Source: Anaerolineales bacterium (GTDB lineage: Bacteria; Chloroflexota; Anaerolineae; Anaerolineales; UBA4823). Taken from it: a stretch of DNA of 64,000 nt. The notes beneath the pieces are model-generated. The model was not told where the DNA came from and searched no databases. It worked only from the letters and a program-made list of their open reading frames with translations. Below are positions 35,604-45,958 of the stretch, in pieces. Each line of letters opens with the position of its first letter. Positions within the stretch are counted from its first letter, which is position 1. The stretch spans positions 128,445 through 192,444 of the forward strand of contig PQAL01000002.1 in NCBI GenBank assembly GCA_003105035.1. The letters are read 5' to 3'. Made by a program: the position numbers and the translations under genes.

Positions 35604-36848
35604 ATGAAAATACTGAGTATTGCCGGCAAGGACCTTCAGATATTATTCAAAGACCGTGGGTCTATCTTCCAATTGTTTATCCTTCCCTTGCTATTTATTC
35701 TGGTGTTTAGTGGAGCCCTGGGGGCTATCGGGGAAAGTGAGGAAGTGGTGCTTCCAAAACTTGGCGTTGTCAACCTGGATAACGGCTCTGCAGCTCAGGA
35801 GCTGGTGGGTCGCATCCAGGCAGATGGAAAACTGACTGTGCTGCCTTACACTCTGGACGAGGCACAGGCGCTCCTCGATAAAAAAGAGTTGGATTTTTAC
35901 CTGGTCATACCGGCTGGCTTTACCACTTCGACCGAAGCTGGTCAGCCAGTGTCTCTCCGCCTCGTTACTGGCGCGAGTGCCAATAACCAGATGACAGAAG
36001 CAGCCCGGCTAGTGCTGGAGAGCGCTGCAGCCGACATGACCCTTGAGAGCCAGATCATTGCCAGCCTGAAACAGATGGGTGACATGCAAGCCGATTCGCC
36101 GACCGCCCAGCAGGTGTTCACCACTGAGCGTATCATTGCCCAGGCGCGTACCCAGTTTACCCGCGCCCAGGCGGAGCCATTGATTGTTATCGTCCAATCC
36201 ACGCCCAGGCAGGAAGCCAGTCAGCAATCCACCCCTGATCTCAGTCTATCCACGGTGCCCGGATTTGCTGTGCTGTTCGTCTTCATGACTGCCCAGGCCA
36301 CTGCCCATTCAATTTATGATGAGAAAAAAGTTGGTTCGTTTCGCCGGCTGACTGCGGCTCCCTTGAGCAAGGCTCAGCTGTTGATCGGCAAGATACTCCC
36401 CAATTTCATCATCGGGCTGGTGCAAATTGCCGTGATATTCGCTTTCGGGGCTGTGGGCTTGCGCCTCATTGGACTGACACCTTTACCAATCGAGAATTCA
36501 CCCCTCGGGGCTTTGCTTGTCGCCGTGATGCTGGCACTATGTTCCAGTGCCTTCGGGATCATGGTAGCTGCCCTGGCACGCACCGAGAACCAGATAGCGG
36601 GATTAAGCACCTTGTTGTTGTGGGGCATGGGTTTGCTGGGTGGCTGCCTGGTACCGCTGTTCGTGCTGGAGCGCTTCCTCGGCCCGATCCCGATGATCGT
36701 ACCGCATTACTGGGCTAACCGGGCCTTGGATGACCTGCTGATCCGTGGCCTTGGACCGTCTGTGATCGCCCTCGATCTGGCGGTGCTGCTCGGGTTCACC
36801 CTGCTCTTCTTTATCATCGGCTTGTGGCGTTTCGACTTTGAGCGCTAG
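35604..36848 (+). CDS. ABC-2 type transporter permease
   Basis: 414 aa. One N-terminal TM, a large loop and five C-terminal TM helices. Confidence 0.85.
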   Translation: MKILSIAGKDLQILFKDRGSIFQLFILPLLFILVFSGALGAIGESEEVVLPKLGVVNLDNGSAAQELVGRIQADGKLTVLPYTLDEAQALLDKKELDFYLVIPAGFTTSTEAGQPVSLRLVTGASANNQMTEAARLVLESAAADMTLESQIIASLKQMGDMQADSPTAQQVFTTERIIAQARTQFTRAQAEPLIVIVQSTPRQEASQQSTPDLSLSTVPGFAVLFVFMTAQATAHSIYDEKKVGSFRRLTAAPLSKAQLLIGKILPNFIIGLVQIAVIFAFGAVGLRLIGLTPLPIENSPLGALLVAVMLALCSSAFGIMVAALARTENQIAGLSTLLLWGMGLLGGCLVPLFVLERFLGPIPMIVPHYWANRALDDLLIRGLGPSVIALDLAVLLGFTLLFFIIGLWRFDFER

Positions 36849-36866
36849 GGAGAGAGGAGCATAATC

Positions 36867-38129
36867 ATGCAATTCATCAAATACACGTTATCCGTTACCT
36901 GGAAAGAGATCCAGCTCATCTCCAAGGAGAGAGCCTGGCTGGTGATCCTGTTCCTGCTGCCGCTGATGATCGGCGCTTTCTTCGGTGGTGGTAATTTGGC
37001 TATGAACAACCCAGACGCAGACGTCATCCTGCTCAATGTTGGCCTGGTCAACCTTGACCAGGGCGTTTTTGGGACTCAGCTGGCTAAGGTGGTTAAAACG
37101 ATTGACCAGTTAAATGTCACCGAATATCCGGATGCAGCCTCGGCAGAGCAACCGGTGGCGAATGGCAAAGCCGCGGCAGCCATCATCATCCCGCCTGATT
37201 TCAGCCAGAAGATTGACAGCTACATTCCTACACAATTACAAGTGATTGTCGATCCGGCTGAGCTTGAGAGCGGGAATATCGTGGCCGGGATCATGAACCA
37301 GGTGATCGCTGAATTTTCCTTGTGGGGTGAGGTCCAACATGGGGTGCGTACCATTATGGATGAGGCGGGAATCCTGGCGATGGCCAGCCAGGAGCAAGCC
37401 CGCGCCATCGAAGCCCAGAACCTGGGTGTAATCATGACACAAATCAATGAAATGCGCACCAACCCGGTCATTGTTGTGTCCGTTGAGAGCGCCCAGGGCG
37501 TGGAGAGTGGCCCCACACTGCAAGTTTTCTTCGCCTACCTGTTTCCTGGTCTCACCGTGATGTTCATCTATTTTATTGTAGGCATGTCGGGTGGCTCACT
37601 GCTTGTGGAGCGCGAGAATGGCACCTTACGGCGTTTGTTGACCGCTACGATTCCGCGTGGCGCCATCCTGGCTGGAAAAATGCTGGCCTACATGATGCTG
37701 GCCTGCGCCCAGGTGGTGGTGATGTTCACTGTCGCTGCGCTTATTTTCGGCACTCCGCTTGGGAGGTCGCCTCTTGGTTTAATCGTCATGACCCTGGTGG
37801 TGGCATTCAACGCTACAGCTTTGGGTATGCTGGTGGCAGCAGTATCCAAAACATCGAAGCAGGCTGACAGCCTCGGGGTGATCCTGGCTTTCGTTCTGGC
37901 TGGCATTGGTGGCGCGCTGGCCATCGGGACGACACCTTTCTACCGCCAGGGTGGAGTGGTAGGCTTTATTTCCAGCCTCACCCCGCAGAACCACGGTGTG
38001 GAGGGGTTCTACCGCCTGATGGGGGAAAACGCCTCATTTGTTCAGGTCCTGCCCCAAATTGGCATCCTTCTGGGAATGGGCTTGCTGTTCTTCCTGATCG
38101 CTTTGTGGAAGTTCAGGTTCGATAAATAA
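36867..38129 (+). CDS. ABC-2 type transporter permease (paralog)
   Basis: 420 aa with the same topology as 35604-36848. Confidence 0.85.
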   Translation: MQFIKYTLSVTWKEIQLISKERAWLVILFLLPLMIGAFFGGGNLAMNNPDADVILLNVGLVNLDQGVFGTQLAKVVKTIDQLNVTEYPDAASAEQPVANGKAAAAIIIPPDFSQKIDSYIPTQLQVIVDPAELESGNIVAGIMNQVIAEFSLWGEVQHGVRTIMDEAGILAMASQEQARAIEAQNLGVIMTQINEMRTNPVIVVSVESAQGVESGPTLQVFFAYLFPGLTVMFIYFIVGMSGGSLLVERENGTLRRLLTATIPRGAILAGKMLAYMMLACAQVVVMFTVAALIFGTPLGRSPLGLIVMTLVVAFNATALGMLVAAVSKTSKQADSLGVILAFVLAGIGGALAIGTTPFYRQGGVVGFISSLTPQNHGVEGFYRLMGENASFVQVLPQIGILLGMGLLFFLIALWKFRFDK

Positions 38130-38245
38130 TCGATTACTCTGGAAATCGTATGTGAGATGGTCATAGAGCGTAAGGTGGTGCAATTGTAATAACAGCTCAG
38201 TGATTTAACTTTCTACCACATCGTGCTAGATCACCTACTTGCAGG

Positions 38246-39010
38246 ATGGTAAGCATGCTGGCAACCCTGATAACCAAAGTTGTAATCGCCGCCATTGTGC
38301 TTATCATCCTACTTGCTTTACTGGGTAGGCGAATTTTACACTCAGGAATGTTCCTTTTAGTATTTTTCTTCGTTTACTTTGCTGACAACTTTCTGATGGT
38401 GGTGACCATCCAATACCCTTCCCTGCAGTTGATCCCCGCACGTACCTGGGAAGGTTACCTGGTCAGCAACTGGAGCGGGAAGCTCTTTAGTATCCTTTTT
38501 ACCCTTGTCCTGTTATATTTCAGCCGACGCATTCTATCCAGGGATGAAATTGGTCTGACGCTACGCCAAAAGGAAGGCTCGCTGCTGGCTTGCGGTCTGG
38601 TGATCCTTGTACTGGTTGGCTGGTCAACGATTGTTGGGATAAGCTCGCCGAAAGGCAAATTTGACATCCTTACCCTGGGCTATCTAGCGTTTATGCCCAG
38701 CCTGAACGAAGAGCTTGTCTATCGCGGCTGCCTCCTGGGTATCCTTAATAAGCTTTTGCCGAAAAAAATCAATTTTCTCGGAGCGTGGATGGGTTGGGGA
38801 GCGGTCATCACCTCACTCCTGTTCAGCCTGCTGCATGGCTTTGGCTTCAACAACGACCTGTCCATCCATATCGATGCGATCGCTCTGCGTAATTCGTTCA
38901 TTTCCGGCTTCATTTTTGCCTGGCTGAGGGAGCGGAGCGGGAGCTTGCTGATGCCTGTGATTGCCCATGGTATTGAGGATTTCTTTTTCTTCCTGCCGCG
39001 CATGCTCTGA
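38246..39010 (+). CDS. CPBP family intramembrane glutamic endopeptidase (CAAX protease/Abi-like)
   Basis: Motifs 'NEELVYRG', 'LLFSLLHG' and 'AHGIEDF' in a polytopic membrane protein. Confidence 0.85.
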   Translation: MVSMLATLITKVVIAAIVLIILLALLGRRILHSGMFLLVFFFVYFADNFLMVVTIQYPSLQLIPARTWEGYLVSNWSGKLFSILFTLVLLYFSRRILSRDEIGLTLRQKEGSLLACGLVILVLVGWSTIVGISSPKGKFDILTLGYLAFMPSLNEELVYRGCLLGILNKLLPKKINFLGAWMGWGAVITSLLFSLLHGFGFNNDLSIHIDAIALRNSFISGFIFAWLRERSGSLLMPVIAHGIEDFFFFLPRML

Positions 39011-39041
39011 TTTGACCACCATCAAATAAAAGGAGGAACAT

Positions 39042-39644
39042 ATGAAGAGGTTTCATCTTAGTTTTATCTCTGGAATTCTGGCCTGCGCATTCTATCTTAT
39101 ATTCACCCTGCTTGCTTATCTTCGTTATCCCCTACCATACTCCCCAATGGATAATTGGCTCAGTGATCTGGGAAATCCCGTGCTCAATCCGGGTGGGGCA
39201 CAAGTATATAATATTGGGGTTATCTTGACCGCAATCCTGATGATGTTGTTTTTTCTTAGCCTGGGGATCTGGGGGATAAATAATCATAAAGTGCAGAGGA
39301 TTATGCTACGCCTGACCCAGGGATTTGGGATTGCTGGATGCCTGGCCATGCTATTAAGCGCCATTTACAGCATAGACCAGTTCACGATCCATGCTTTCTG
39401 GTCCACCAGTCTATATATCCTGCTGTCAACCGCTTTTATCTTTTCCGCTGCAATGCTCCGATACCATCCCGGTGTGCCTCGTTGGCTGCTCGTCCTTGGC
39501 ATCTCGACTGCCGTGTTGGTCCTCCTGAGCAGTTTCTTCCAGCAGATCTACCTGCTTGAATGGATCACTGTCATTTTGTTCCTGGGTTATATCTTATTGC
39601 TGGCCATCAACTCACAGTCCGCAGGACATGCCATGTCTGGATGA
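39042..39644 (+). CDS. DUF998-like polytopic membrane protein
   Basis: 200 aa with about 6 TM. 'YSPMDNWLSDLGN' resembles the DUF998 N-terminal motif as I remember it. SD 'aaggagg' is present. Confidence 0.55.
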   Translation: MKRFHLSFISGILACAFYLIFTLLAYLRYPLPYSPMDNWLSDLGNPVLNPGGAQVYNIGVILTAILMMLFFLSLGIWGINNHKVQRIMLRLTQGFGIAGCLAMLLSAIYSIDQFTIHAFWSTSLYILLSTAFIFSAAMLRYHPGVPRWLLVLGISTAVLVLLSSFFQQIYLLEWITVILFLGYILLLAINSQSAGHAMSG

Positions 39645-39925
39645 TAGACCTGAGACTTTTTACAAGCTGAGGTACATGCCTGAGCTGGTAATAATATTTA
39701 CACTGTAGTAAAAGGTAACTTCCTTACGGGGAATTTTGATACTTGAACCAGTGTGGAAATTAATCTAAAATATTCATGTATCACTTTGTTTCATAATTTA
39801 TTGATATTCTTATCCGTGCCCCGGTAATCGTCCCACCCCTCTGAGGAATCCCGTAAAGCGGAGATTTTTCTAGAGGACCAATCAATTTGCTTCGCAGAGT
39901 TCATTGCTGGTTAGGAGGACTACCT

Positions 39926-40777
39926 ATGACACACATGCCGATTCGGGGCATATCGCTTCACGTGAAAGTCATCGGGCACGGATATCCGCTGGTGTTAATG
40001 CACGGTGGCCCTGGGGGAGACCTTTACACTTTATCGGCTTTTAAACCACTCAAAGATCAATTTACCCTGGTCTTCTATGACCACCGCTGCAATGGTCGCT
40101 CGATGGGACCGGATGTCACCACCATGACGATGGAGAACCTGACCGCCGATGCCGATGCCTTGCGTCAGGCGTTGGGCTTCAATAAATGGGCGGTACTCGG
40201 GCATTCCTTTGGGGGTAGTGTGGCCCTGGAGTATGCCTTGCGCTATCCCCAAAACCTGTCACATCTGATCCTGGTCAACTCAGGTGCCGATTACATCTGG
40301 CCGAGCCAAAAAGGTCCTGAGTTATTAGCTCAGCGTGGCTTCAGCCCTGAGATTGTGGAAGTTGCCCGTCGCCATTTTAACGGTCAGTTTGAACCGGACG
40401 AGATGTTTTCCAACCTGATGAAGTTAAGAAATGCCTATGATCCCTATATGAGCTTAATCCAGGCGCTGCCCATGCTTATCGAGGGTTTACAGTCGAAGCT
40501 GCGACCCGAAGCGTGTATCTTTGCCGAAACCACATATCTACAGGGCTGGACAGTCATGGATCGGCTGAGTGAGATCAAGATTCCCACCCTGGTGATGGCA
40601 GGACGTCAAGATTTCGTGTACCCAGAGGAGTCTCAGAAAGAGCTGGCTGCGGCAATCCCCAACGCGAGATTAGTGCTCATCGACAGAGCGGGTCATAATC
40701 CACACGATGAACAGAAGGCGGAAACCATTAAGGCAGTCAGGGAATTCATGGTAGAAGTTGCGCCTGGCTCCGCTTGA
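39926..40777 (+). CDS. Alpha/beta hydrolase (proline iminopeptidase-like)
   Basis: ATG 39926 follows SD 'aggagg'. 'LMHGGPGG' is the oxyanion motif and 'GHSFGG' the nucleophile elbow. Confidence 0.85.
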   Translation: MTHMPIRGISLHVKVIGHGYPLVLMHGGPGGDLYTLSAFKPLKDQFTLVFYDHRCNGRSMGPDVTTMTMENLTADADALRQALGFNKWAVLGHSFGGSVALEYALRYPQNLSHLILVNSGADYIWPSQKGPELLAQRGFSPEIVEVARRHFNGQFEPDEMFSNLMKLRNAYDPYMSLIQALPMLIEGLQSKLRPEACIFAETTYLQGWTVMDRLSEIKIPTLVMAGRQDFVYPEESQKELAAAIPNARLVLIDRAGHNPHDEQKAETIKAVREFMVEVAPGSA

Positions 40778-40834
40778 GATTTCTTTGTGCGTTTGCCAAA
40801 AAACCAATCGGTGAAATCCGGAGGAGGAAATCCG

Positions 40835-42352
40835 ATGAAAAATAAAAATCTCCTGATTGGATCAATAGCCATTGGTGCAGGCATCGCGATAAGCCGCTTG
40901 CTGTTCGCTAAACCCGCCTCGATAAAGTATTCTTCTTTACATACTAAATATGATTCCATCGATGATTACATAGAAAATCAGATGCGCCGCCTGCACATCC
41001 CTGGTGCCTCCCTGGCTATCATCGAGGGTGACCAGGTCGTGCACCAGCGCGGCTTTGGCCTGGCACGGCCGAATGGTGAAGTGCCCACTGCCCGCACCCC
41101 GTTCTTCATCGGCTCATTGACCAAGTCGTTCACTGCCCTGGCGGTGATGCAGCTTGTGGAAGCTGGCAAGGTCGAGCTGGATGCCCCCGTTCAACGCTAC
41201 CTGCCCTGGTTCCGGGTGGCTGACTCGCAGGCTTCCGCACAGGTTACCCTGCGGCACCTGCTCAACCAGACCAGTGGATTCCCCGCCATCGCTGGTGAGG
41301 TGGTGCTGGAAGATTATGGTGACGGTCCGGATGCCACCGAGCGCAAGGTGCGCGGCATGGCGACGCTCAAAACCAACCCTGTCGGAGAGAAATGCGATTA
41401 CTGCAACTTGAATTATGACGTTCTCGGTTTGATCATCGAAACCGCCAGCGGAGAGTCTTACCCCGATTACATCCAAAACCACATCTTTAAACCATTGGAG
41501 ATGGGCCACAGCTATACCACGCGCTCAGTTGCAAAGCAAAATAGCCTGGCGCGTGGTCACCGCCATTGGTTTGGCCATCCATTCCCCGCCCCCGACCTGC
41601 CGGTGCCTCGCGCTGCCCTCCCGTCCGGGTATCTCATCAGTTGCGTGGAAGATATGGCGCATTACTTGGCTGCCCATATGAATGCAGGCCGCTATAAGGA
41701 TGTACAGATCCTTTCCGCTCCGAGAATCGATGAGTTACACCAGGGTGTGCTGGAATACTTACCTATGGGTATGCCATCGGGAAAGTATGGCATGGGATGG
41801 TTCGAAATCGACCTGGGTGAAACGAAAACCTTTACCCACGGTGGGAATGTGCCTGATTTTTCTGCCTATATGGGATTTGTCCCTGCTCAGCGCAAGGGCC
41901 TGGTGGTCATGTTCAATGCCGACCCATACGGACTGCACCCCATCACCGAGGAATTCGGCATGGGTATGGTCGCCTTGCTGGCCGGGAAACAGCCTGAGCC
42001 GATCAAGTGGGGCTTCTTCCAGTGGATCTTCCGCCTCCTGCCGCTCCTCCCGTTGTTGCAGGTACTGGGCATCATCACCACCCTGCGATCCGCACGGCGA
42101 ATAAGCCAGGATTCCTCCCAACGCCTCCGCGGATGGCCATTATGGGGCCAGCATATCCTGCTCCCGCTCCTCCCCAAACTATCCTTTTCAGCTGCTCTGG
42201 TCTATTTACAATCCACCGGTACTCTCAAATTTTTCGAGTTCTTCATGCCCGATCTGGCTGCCATCGCTAAAGTCAGCGGCTGGTTGGGGGGCATTTGGTC
42301 AATTCTATACACCCGCATGCTGTTTGGCGCCTTGCGAAAACCTCGCCTCTGA
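40835..42352 (+). CDS. Serine hydrolase of the beta-lactamase/class C family with a C-terminal multi-TM anchor
   Basis: ATG 40835 follows SD 'ggaggagg'. S-x-x-K 'SLTKSF' and a Y-x-N-like 'YCN'. The C-terminal ~120 aa are hydrophobic. Confidence 0.85.
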   Translation: MKNKNLLIGSIAIGAGIAISRLLFAKPASIKYSSLHTKYDSIDDYIENQMRRLHIPGASLAIIEGDQVVHQRGFGLARPNGEVPTARTPFFIGSLTKSFTALAVMQLVEAGKVELDAPVQRYLPWFRVADSQASAQVTLRHLLNQTSGFPAIAGEVVLEDYGDGPDATERKVRGMATLKTNPVGEKCDYCNLNYDVLGLIIETASGESYPDYIQNHIFKPLEMGHSYTTRSVAKQNSLARGHRHWFGHPFPAPDLPVPRAALPSGYLISCVEDMAHYLAAHMNAGRYKDVQILSAPRIDELHQGVLEYLPMGMPSGKYGMGWFEIDLGETKTFTHGGNVPDFSAYMGFVPAQRKGLVVMFNADPYGLHPITEEFGMGMVALLAGKQPEPIKWGFFQWIFRLLPLLPLLQVLGIITTLRSARRISQDSSQRLRGWPLWGQHILLPLLPKLSFSAALVYLQSTGTLKFFEFFMPDLAAIAKVSGWLGGIWSILYTRMLFGALRKPRL

Positions 42353-42377
42353 AACCAACACTGAAGGGACCACACTG

Positions 42378-43196
42378 ATGGACACAAAAACCGCAGCATA
42401 CCACGTGGTGGACCTCACTCCCGGTCGCCGAATGATGATTAATATGCTTAGCCTGGGGGAGCCGAAGCACAGCATGGTTGGCCTGCTGGAGGTGGACGTG
42501 ACCGTGCCTCGGCAATTAATTGACCGATACAAACAGATACATGCAGAGACCTTATCTTTCACGGGTTTCCTGGCCCTATGCCTGGGACATGCCATTGAGG
42601 AGAATAAGGATGTTCACGCCTATCTGAGGGGAAGCAAACACCTGGTGGTGTTTGATGATGTGGATGTCGGCATCATGGTTGAGCATAAAGCTGGTGAGAA
42701 GCGTGGGTTGATGGGCCATGTGATCAGGGTTGCCAACCACAAGACTATCCAGGAGATCAACACTGAGATCCGCTCCGTGCAATCAGCACCACTGCCACCC
42801 AACCGGGGGCTGCCCAATTGGTTCCGTACAGCCATGCTTCTGCCAGGGCCCCTTTACAAGGTGTTCAGGGCGTTTATCCGTTGGGCCACGCGCCAGGATC
42901 CAACCATCCTCACTTCCATGGGGGGCACAGTCAGCATCACCTCCGTGGGGATGTTCGGTGAAGGCCACAGCGGCTGGGGGCTCTATCCTGTCTCTGAGCC
43001 GATTGGATTGGTGGTGGGGAGTATTGCCCAAAAGCCTGGCGTGGTGGAAGGCCGCATCGAGCCACGTGAGATCCTGCATCTCACCATGATGCTCGATCAC
43101 GATGTGATCGATGGGGCTCCGGCAGCCCGTTTTGTGCGTCGCTTGGTGGAGCTAATTGAAAGCGGATATGGATTGAGCGACATAGCTGCGCAGTAA
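42378..43196 (+). CDS. Stand-alone 2-oxoacid dehydrogenase E2-type acyltransferase catalytic domain (no lipoyl or subunit-binding domain)
   Basis: Catalytic 'DHDVIDGAPAARF' (the DHRxxDG-type motif). About 272 aa from ATG 42378. No lipoyl-lysine motif is present. Confidence 0.75.
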   Translation: MDTKTAAYHVVDLTPGRRMMINMLSLGEPKHSMVGLLEVDVTVPRQLIDRYKQIHAETLSFTGFLALCLGHAIEENKDVHAYLRGSKHLVVFDDVDVGIMVEHKAGEKRGLMGHVIRVANHKTIQEINTEIRSVQSAPLPPNRGLPNWFRTAMLLPGPLYKVFRAFIRWATRQDPTILTSMGGTVSITSVGMFGEGHSGWGLYPVSEPIGLVVGSIAQKPGVVEGRIEPREILHLTMMLDHDVIDGAPAARFVRRLVELIESGYGLSDIAAQ

Positions 43197-43225
43197 ATTT
43201 TTTTTGCTAATTGAAGGGTCACAGC

Positions 43226-44485
43226 ATGACTCAAAGTATTTCCCCCGATGATGCCCAATATGCTTTCAATGTCGTCAAAGCCATCTGCGACCAGGTCGGC
43301 CCGGGTGTGCCCGCCAGCACCCAGGAAAGAGAACGGGCAGAGTATATAAAAAAGGAATTGTCTGCACATCTCGGCCCTGAGAATGTAGTCATGGAAGAGT
43401 TCACCCTGGCACCTGGCACTCTTTTAAATACCTACCCTGGTGTAGCATGCATGCTGTTAGCAGTCTTGCTTAATATATTTGGAGGGTGCTTTGGCTGGAT
43501 TTCCCCCTGGATACCCGCCCTGCTTGCCTTTCTCTTTTCCCTCTTTATGCCTGTATCGTTTATCGTTGAATTCCTGCTTAGTCGCGAGGCTCTGGATTGG
43601 TTATTCCCAAAGAAAACCTCCATTAATGTCATTGGTAAGTTACGCCATCCGGGCAGTACAGACATCAAACGCCTGCTGATCATCAGCGGCCACCACGACA
43701 GCGCCCCTGAAAACACCTGGATCCGTTTTCTCGGTTTTGGGTTTTATATCTTTTCCGGTGTGTTTTTTATCGGGGCGGTACTTATAACAGTGATGTGCCT
43801 GTTCCAGTTATTGGGTGGGGTCTTTAGCAACCAGGCCCTGATAGACCTGGGGACCATCGGATGGGTCGTGTTGGTTTTCCCAATCATCCCTGCGATGATT
43901 TATGCCCTGTTCCTTACCAGAGGAAAGAAAAATGGTGGTGTAGTACCGGGTGCTGCCGATAACCTCTCGGCCTGTGGCGTGGTGGTAGCCATGAGCCGTT
44001 ACCTGGCTCAAAACCCTTCCGATATCCCCGCCGACATGGAGGTTTGCTTCATCACCTTTGGCAGCGAAGAGGTGGGCTTGCGTGGTTCTCGGCGGTATGT
44101 GGCTCGCCACCTGGATGAGCTCAGGCGCCTGGATGTGCGTGTGCTCAATTATGAGATTATTGCCTACCCCGAAATCTCCATTCTTGAAAAGGAAGTGAAT
44201 GGTACGGTGAAATGCACCCCCGAGGTGGTTAAAAGTGCCATGGCTGCCGCCCAGCGTGCTGGGGTTCCACATAAAATAGGCGCCGGGGGTCTCGGCGCGG
44301 GCAGTGATGCTGCCCCATTTCTGTGGGCAGGTTTAAAAGCCACTACCCTGCAGGGATTCAAGACACCCGAGCAGTTTCTTGCTTTCTACCATCAAGACCG
44401 GGATACTCCCGATGTCTTGACCATCGAGCCGCTGATGAACGTCATGAAACTTACACTCGAGTGGATCCGCGCTCGTGGAGAATAA
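43226..44485 (+). CDS. M28-family metallopeptidase with inserted TM helices
   Basis: 'LIISGHHDSAPE' and 'ITFGSEEVGLRGSRRY' zinc-ligand blocks. About 4 hydrophobic helices. ATG 43226. Confidence 0.75.
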   Translation: MTQSISPDDAQYAFNVVKAICDQVGPGVPASTQERERAEYIKKELSAHLGPENVVMEEFTLAPGTLLNTYPGVACMLLAVLLNIFGGCFGWISPWIPALLAFLFSLFMPVSFIVEFLLSREALDWLFPKKTSINVIGKLRHPGSTDIKRLLIISGHHDSAPENTWIRFLGFGFYIFSGVFFIGAVLITVMCLFQLLGGVFSNQALIDLGTIGWVVLVFPIIPAMIYALFLTRGKKNGGVVPGAADNLSACGVVVAMSRYLAQNPSDIPADMEVCFITFGSEEVGLRGSRRYVARHLDELRRLDVRVLNYEIIAYPEISILEKEVNGTVKCTPEVVKSAMAAAQRAGVPHKIGAGGLGAGSDAAPFLWAGLKATTLQGFKTPEQFLAFYHQDRDTPDVLTIEPLMNVMKLTLEWIRARGE

Positions 44486-44521
44486 CCTGGACATTTCCTT
44501 ATATTAACCGGAGGGTTGAGA

Positions 44522-45901
44522 ATGCTTAACGATGAAAAGGTTGTCAATCTCTTGAATTCTTATCGCCAGCAGATCATGGCCAAGAGCCCCAATTCGCTGG
44601 CGATCTGGCAGAAGAACCGGGCTGTCATGCCGGCTGGTGTGGGCAGCATGTTCCGTCTGGCCGATCCATTCCCCATGGTCATCCGGCGTGCAAAAGGTGC
44701 TCGGGTGTGGGATGCGGATGAGAACGAATACCTTGACTTCATGCTGGGCTTTTCCACCATGTTGCTGGGCAATGCGCCTGACGAGGTCGCACAGGCGATC
44801 AGTGAAGCTTTGCCACGCGGCACCTCCTATGGCAACTGCCATGAACATGAATACGAATTCGCCAAGCTGTTTTGTAATATGGTGCCCGGCGTGGAGCGGG
44901 TCACCTTTTGCAACTCGGGCACGGAGGCCACCATGTATGCAGTCAGGTTGGCGCGCGCCACTACCAAACGCCCTCTGATTGCTAAGTTTGAAGGTGGCTA
45001 CCACGGCACACATGACCTGCTGGCGGTCAGCTTTGGTCGACCCCGCCCGAACGCGGATGATTTTGGGCCTCTTGACGATCCAATCGCTATACCAGAGAGC
45101 CCCGGCCTGGCTGAAGGTGCTGTGAGGAATGTCATCGTCTTGCCGTTCAACCACCCGGCTGCGTTCGACAAAATTCGCAGGCACGCCTCCAGGCTGGCGG
45201 GGGTGATCATCGAGCCCGTGCAGGGCGCGGGTGGCACAATCCCGGCTCACAGGGAGTTCCTTGCCGAATTACGTAAGGTCACCCAGGAGATTGGTGCTTT
45301 TCTCATCTTCGACGAAGTAATCACCGGCTTCCGCTTGGCTCCAGGTGGCGGGCAGGAATATTACGGGGTCATCCCCGATGTGAGCACATTCGGCAAGGTG
45401 GCTGGGGGTGGGCTGCCGTTTGGGGCAGTGGGTGGGTCGGTTGAAGCCATGCGGCTGATGGAGTACGATACCGAGCCAGGCTCCATCCTCATGGCAGGGA
45501 CATTTAACGGAAATCCCCTGGTTACCGCCGCTGGGATGGCTGTGCTCAAGCGCCTCGACAGCGAGCCGCAGGTGTATGCCCATCTGAACGCCATGGGCGA
45601 CCGCTTTCGCAGCGAGATCAACCGCTTTGCCCAGGAGCAGGGCTTTCCCGCCATGGCTACAGGCGTCGGTTCCATGTTTTGGATGCACGCTGCTGCCGGG
45701 CCGATCAACAGCGTGCGTGATACCCGCCATGGGCACCGCTTCGCCAGCCCTGGTCTCAGATTGCTCTACCGCCTGAATGGCTTGCACATCCCGCCCAATC
45801 ACGCGTTCATGTGCACCGTCCACACCGATGATGATATCACCCGCCTGGTAGAAACCCATAAGGCTGCCATGCACGAGCTGCGCCTGCAGGGAGTGTGGTG
45901 A
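44522..45901 (+). CDS. Class III aminotransferase (glutamate-1-semialdehyde 2,1-aminomutase-like)
   Basis: 'FCNSGTEATMYAVRLAR', 'FDEVITGFR' and 'STFGKVAGGGLP' (PLP lysine). ATG 44522 follows SD 'ggaggg'. Confidence 0.85.
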   Translation: MLNDEKVVNLLNSYRQQIMAKSPNSLAIWQKNRAVMPAGVGSMFRLADPFPMVIRRAKGARVWDADENEYLDFMLGFSTMLLGNAPDEVAQAISEALPRGTSYGNCHEHEYEFAKLFCNMVPGVERVTFCNSGTEATMYAVRLARATTKRPLIAKFEGGYHGTHDLLAVSFGRPRPNADDFGPLDDPIAIPESPGLAEGAVRNVIVLPFNHPAAFDKIRRHASRLAGVIIEPVQGAGGTIPAHREFLAELRKVTQEIGAFLIFDEVITGFRLAPGGGQEYYGVIPDVSTFGKVAGGGLPFGAVGGSVEAMRLMEYDTEPGSILMAGTFNGNPLVTAAGMAVLKRLDSEPQVYAHLNAMGDRFRSEINRFAQEQGFPAMATGVGSMFWMHAAAGPINSVRDTRHGHRFASPGLRLLYRLNGLHIPPNHAFMCTVHTDDDITRLVETHKAAMHELRLQGVW

Positions 45902-45958
45902 GCCAGCCCTAACCGCGCAGTCAGTCTTAGAGACGGCTGGCATTTGAGGTGATTGAGT

